DNA of 21,063 bases. Source: Azolla caroliniana. Its lineage: Eukaryota; Plantae; Polypodiophyta. Location: the NCBI GenBank assembly GCA_043228905.1, contig JBHGNT010000546.1:1-21063 (forward strand), in the 5' to 3' direction. Under the pieces are notes generated by a model. That model searched no databases. It worked only from the letters and a program-made list of their open reading frames with translations, and was not told where the DNA came from. The position numbers and the translations under genes are program-made. Within the stretch, counting starts at the first letter, position 1, and each line of letters opens with the position of its first letter. Shown here in pieces: positions 19,990 to 21,063 of the stretch.

Positions 19990-21063
19990 TACATAGCTAC
20001 TGATGTTGTGCCTTGGATAGACACTTTGTGAGAGCATCTACAGGATTTTGTGAAGTATTGACCTTGATCAAAGTGATTAGGCCATCCTCTAGCACCTCTT
20101 TGATGAAGTGAATAGGTGCCTTTTCAAGCATCCCAAACTCATTAGTAGGCTAACCAAATGGCTTCTTTAAAAGCCTCTATGGCTGAAATATATTCCGCCT
20201 TGGTAGAAGATAGTGCAACTATTTTTGGAAGTCTACAACACCATGAAATAGCTCCACCATTGTTGTACAATAACGCGTAGAATACGTATGCCAAGTATGC
20301 TAACTTTTTTTAAAATACCTAGAATACGTATTTTACAAATAAAATGCGTTAAATACTTATAATACATGTCGAATACTTTGAATACGTGTAAAATACATTA
20401 AACACTTCTTAAATTTTAAACTTTCTTTTTAGAACAAAATAATTTTAAAAATTTAAATTTTTTTACAACTTTTTTGAAACGTTAAATACTTGTTAAATAC
20501 TTGTTAAAATATGTAGAATACGTGAAAATTTGAAAAATGTCAGTTCTAAAACATAGAATACGTGTAGAATACTTCATAATATTCTAAAACGTATTCTAAA
20601 CGTAGAATACGCTCCACTTGCAAGGGTGTACATATCCACTTGTGGACTTAGCATGTATCCACATCATCTGCCATGATTTAATCACAAAATCCTTTTCATT
20701 CTAATGGACCCATTCCATAAGATAGGCATTTACATTTGGTCTCTTTCAAATATGTGAAGATAGATTTGACTATCTCCCCATAAACTCTACCAAGATTAAC
20801 CATGAATTTGCTAACAACTTCGGTCGTATGAGCAATATCTCACCAAGTGGCAACCATAGCATAAGTGAACCACCAGCTGATGCATATGGAATATTCTTTA
20901 TGTAATTGCCTACATCATCATCTTTGGGACAATCATCCTTGGAAAGCCTAACATTTGGTTGCAATGGTGCTCCAAACATCAGCCTCAATTAAATCTATCC
21001 AACAGTTTTTCAATGTAATTTTCTTGGGATAAATGCAAAGTATCTTGTTGCATATCCCTTTTT
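19990..21063 (-). mobile_element. Degenerate Ty1/copia LTR retrotransposon pol remnant (end of RT plus RNase H), with stops and frameshifts, continuing beyond the window
   Basis: Minus-strand translation across frames gives LHLSQENYIEKLLDRFN, PLQPNVRLSKDDCP...IPYASAGGSLM, AMVATW*DIAHTTEVVSKFM...VKSIFTYLK, GFCD*IMADDVD, KSTSGYV, LASGA|ISWCCRLPKIVALSSTKAEYISAIEAFKEAIWL and HFIKEVLEDGLITLIKVNTSQNPVDALTK. All match Tnt1-like copia RT/RNase H motifs in the expected order. Confidence 0.92.
20258..20610. mobile_element. 353-bp AT-rich non-coding insertion (MITE/hAT-like) nested in the copia RNase H
   Basis: It is flanked by direct repeat GCTCCAC at 20251-20257 and 20611-20617. Removing the insert and one copy restores the LASGAISW reading. 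It contains repeated TAGAATACG(T) motifs (about 20278, 20320, 20514, 20554, 20603) and an inverted copy at 20590. Confidence 0.75.

Overview
AT-rich, intron-containing land-plant nuclear DNA, not prokaryotic. A fern or other non-seed plant is plausible from the retroelement remnants and protein style, but that is inference only. Three complete spliced genes lie on the + strand. (1) A 16-exon FAD synthase with an N-terminal PAPS-reductase-like domain and a C-terminal molybdopterin-binding/CinA-like domain (456-6419, 519 aa). (2) A 9-exon mitochondrial processing peptidase beta subunit (9639-13937, 502 aa). (3) A 2-exon plastid-specific 30S ribosomal protein 3, PSRP3/Ycf65 (16166-17733, 157 aa). 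All introns reconstruct with GT-AG ends and keep frame. A possible divergent gene starts at 188 on the - strand and runs off the left edge. Intergenic DNA holds decayed LINE fragments, a GACAC-rich minisatellite, many short tandem duplications and microsatellites. At the right edge is a degenerate Ty1/copia RT-RNase H remnant interrupted by a 353-bp insertion flanked by a 7-bp duplication. I found no convincing novel biological system. The most notable points are the variant motifs in the FAD synthase C-terminal domain, a duplicated 5' splice site in MPP-beta, in-frame upstream ATG extensions, and the nested insertion.
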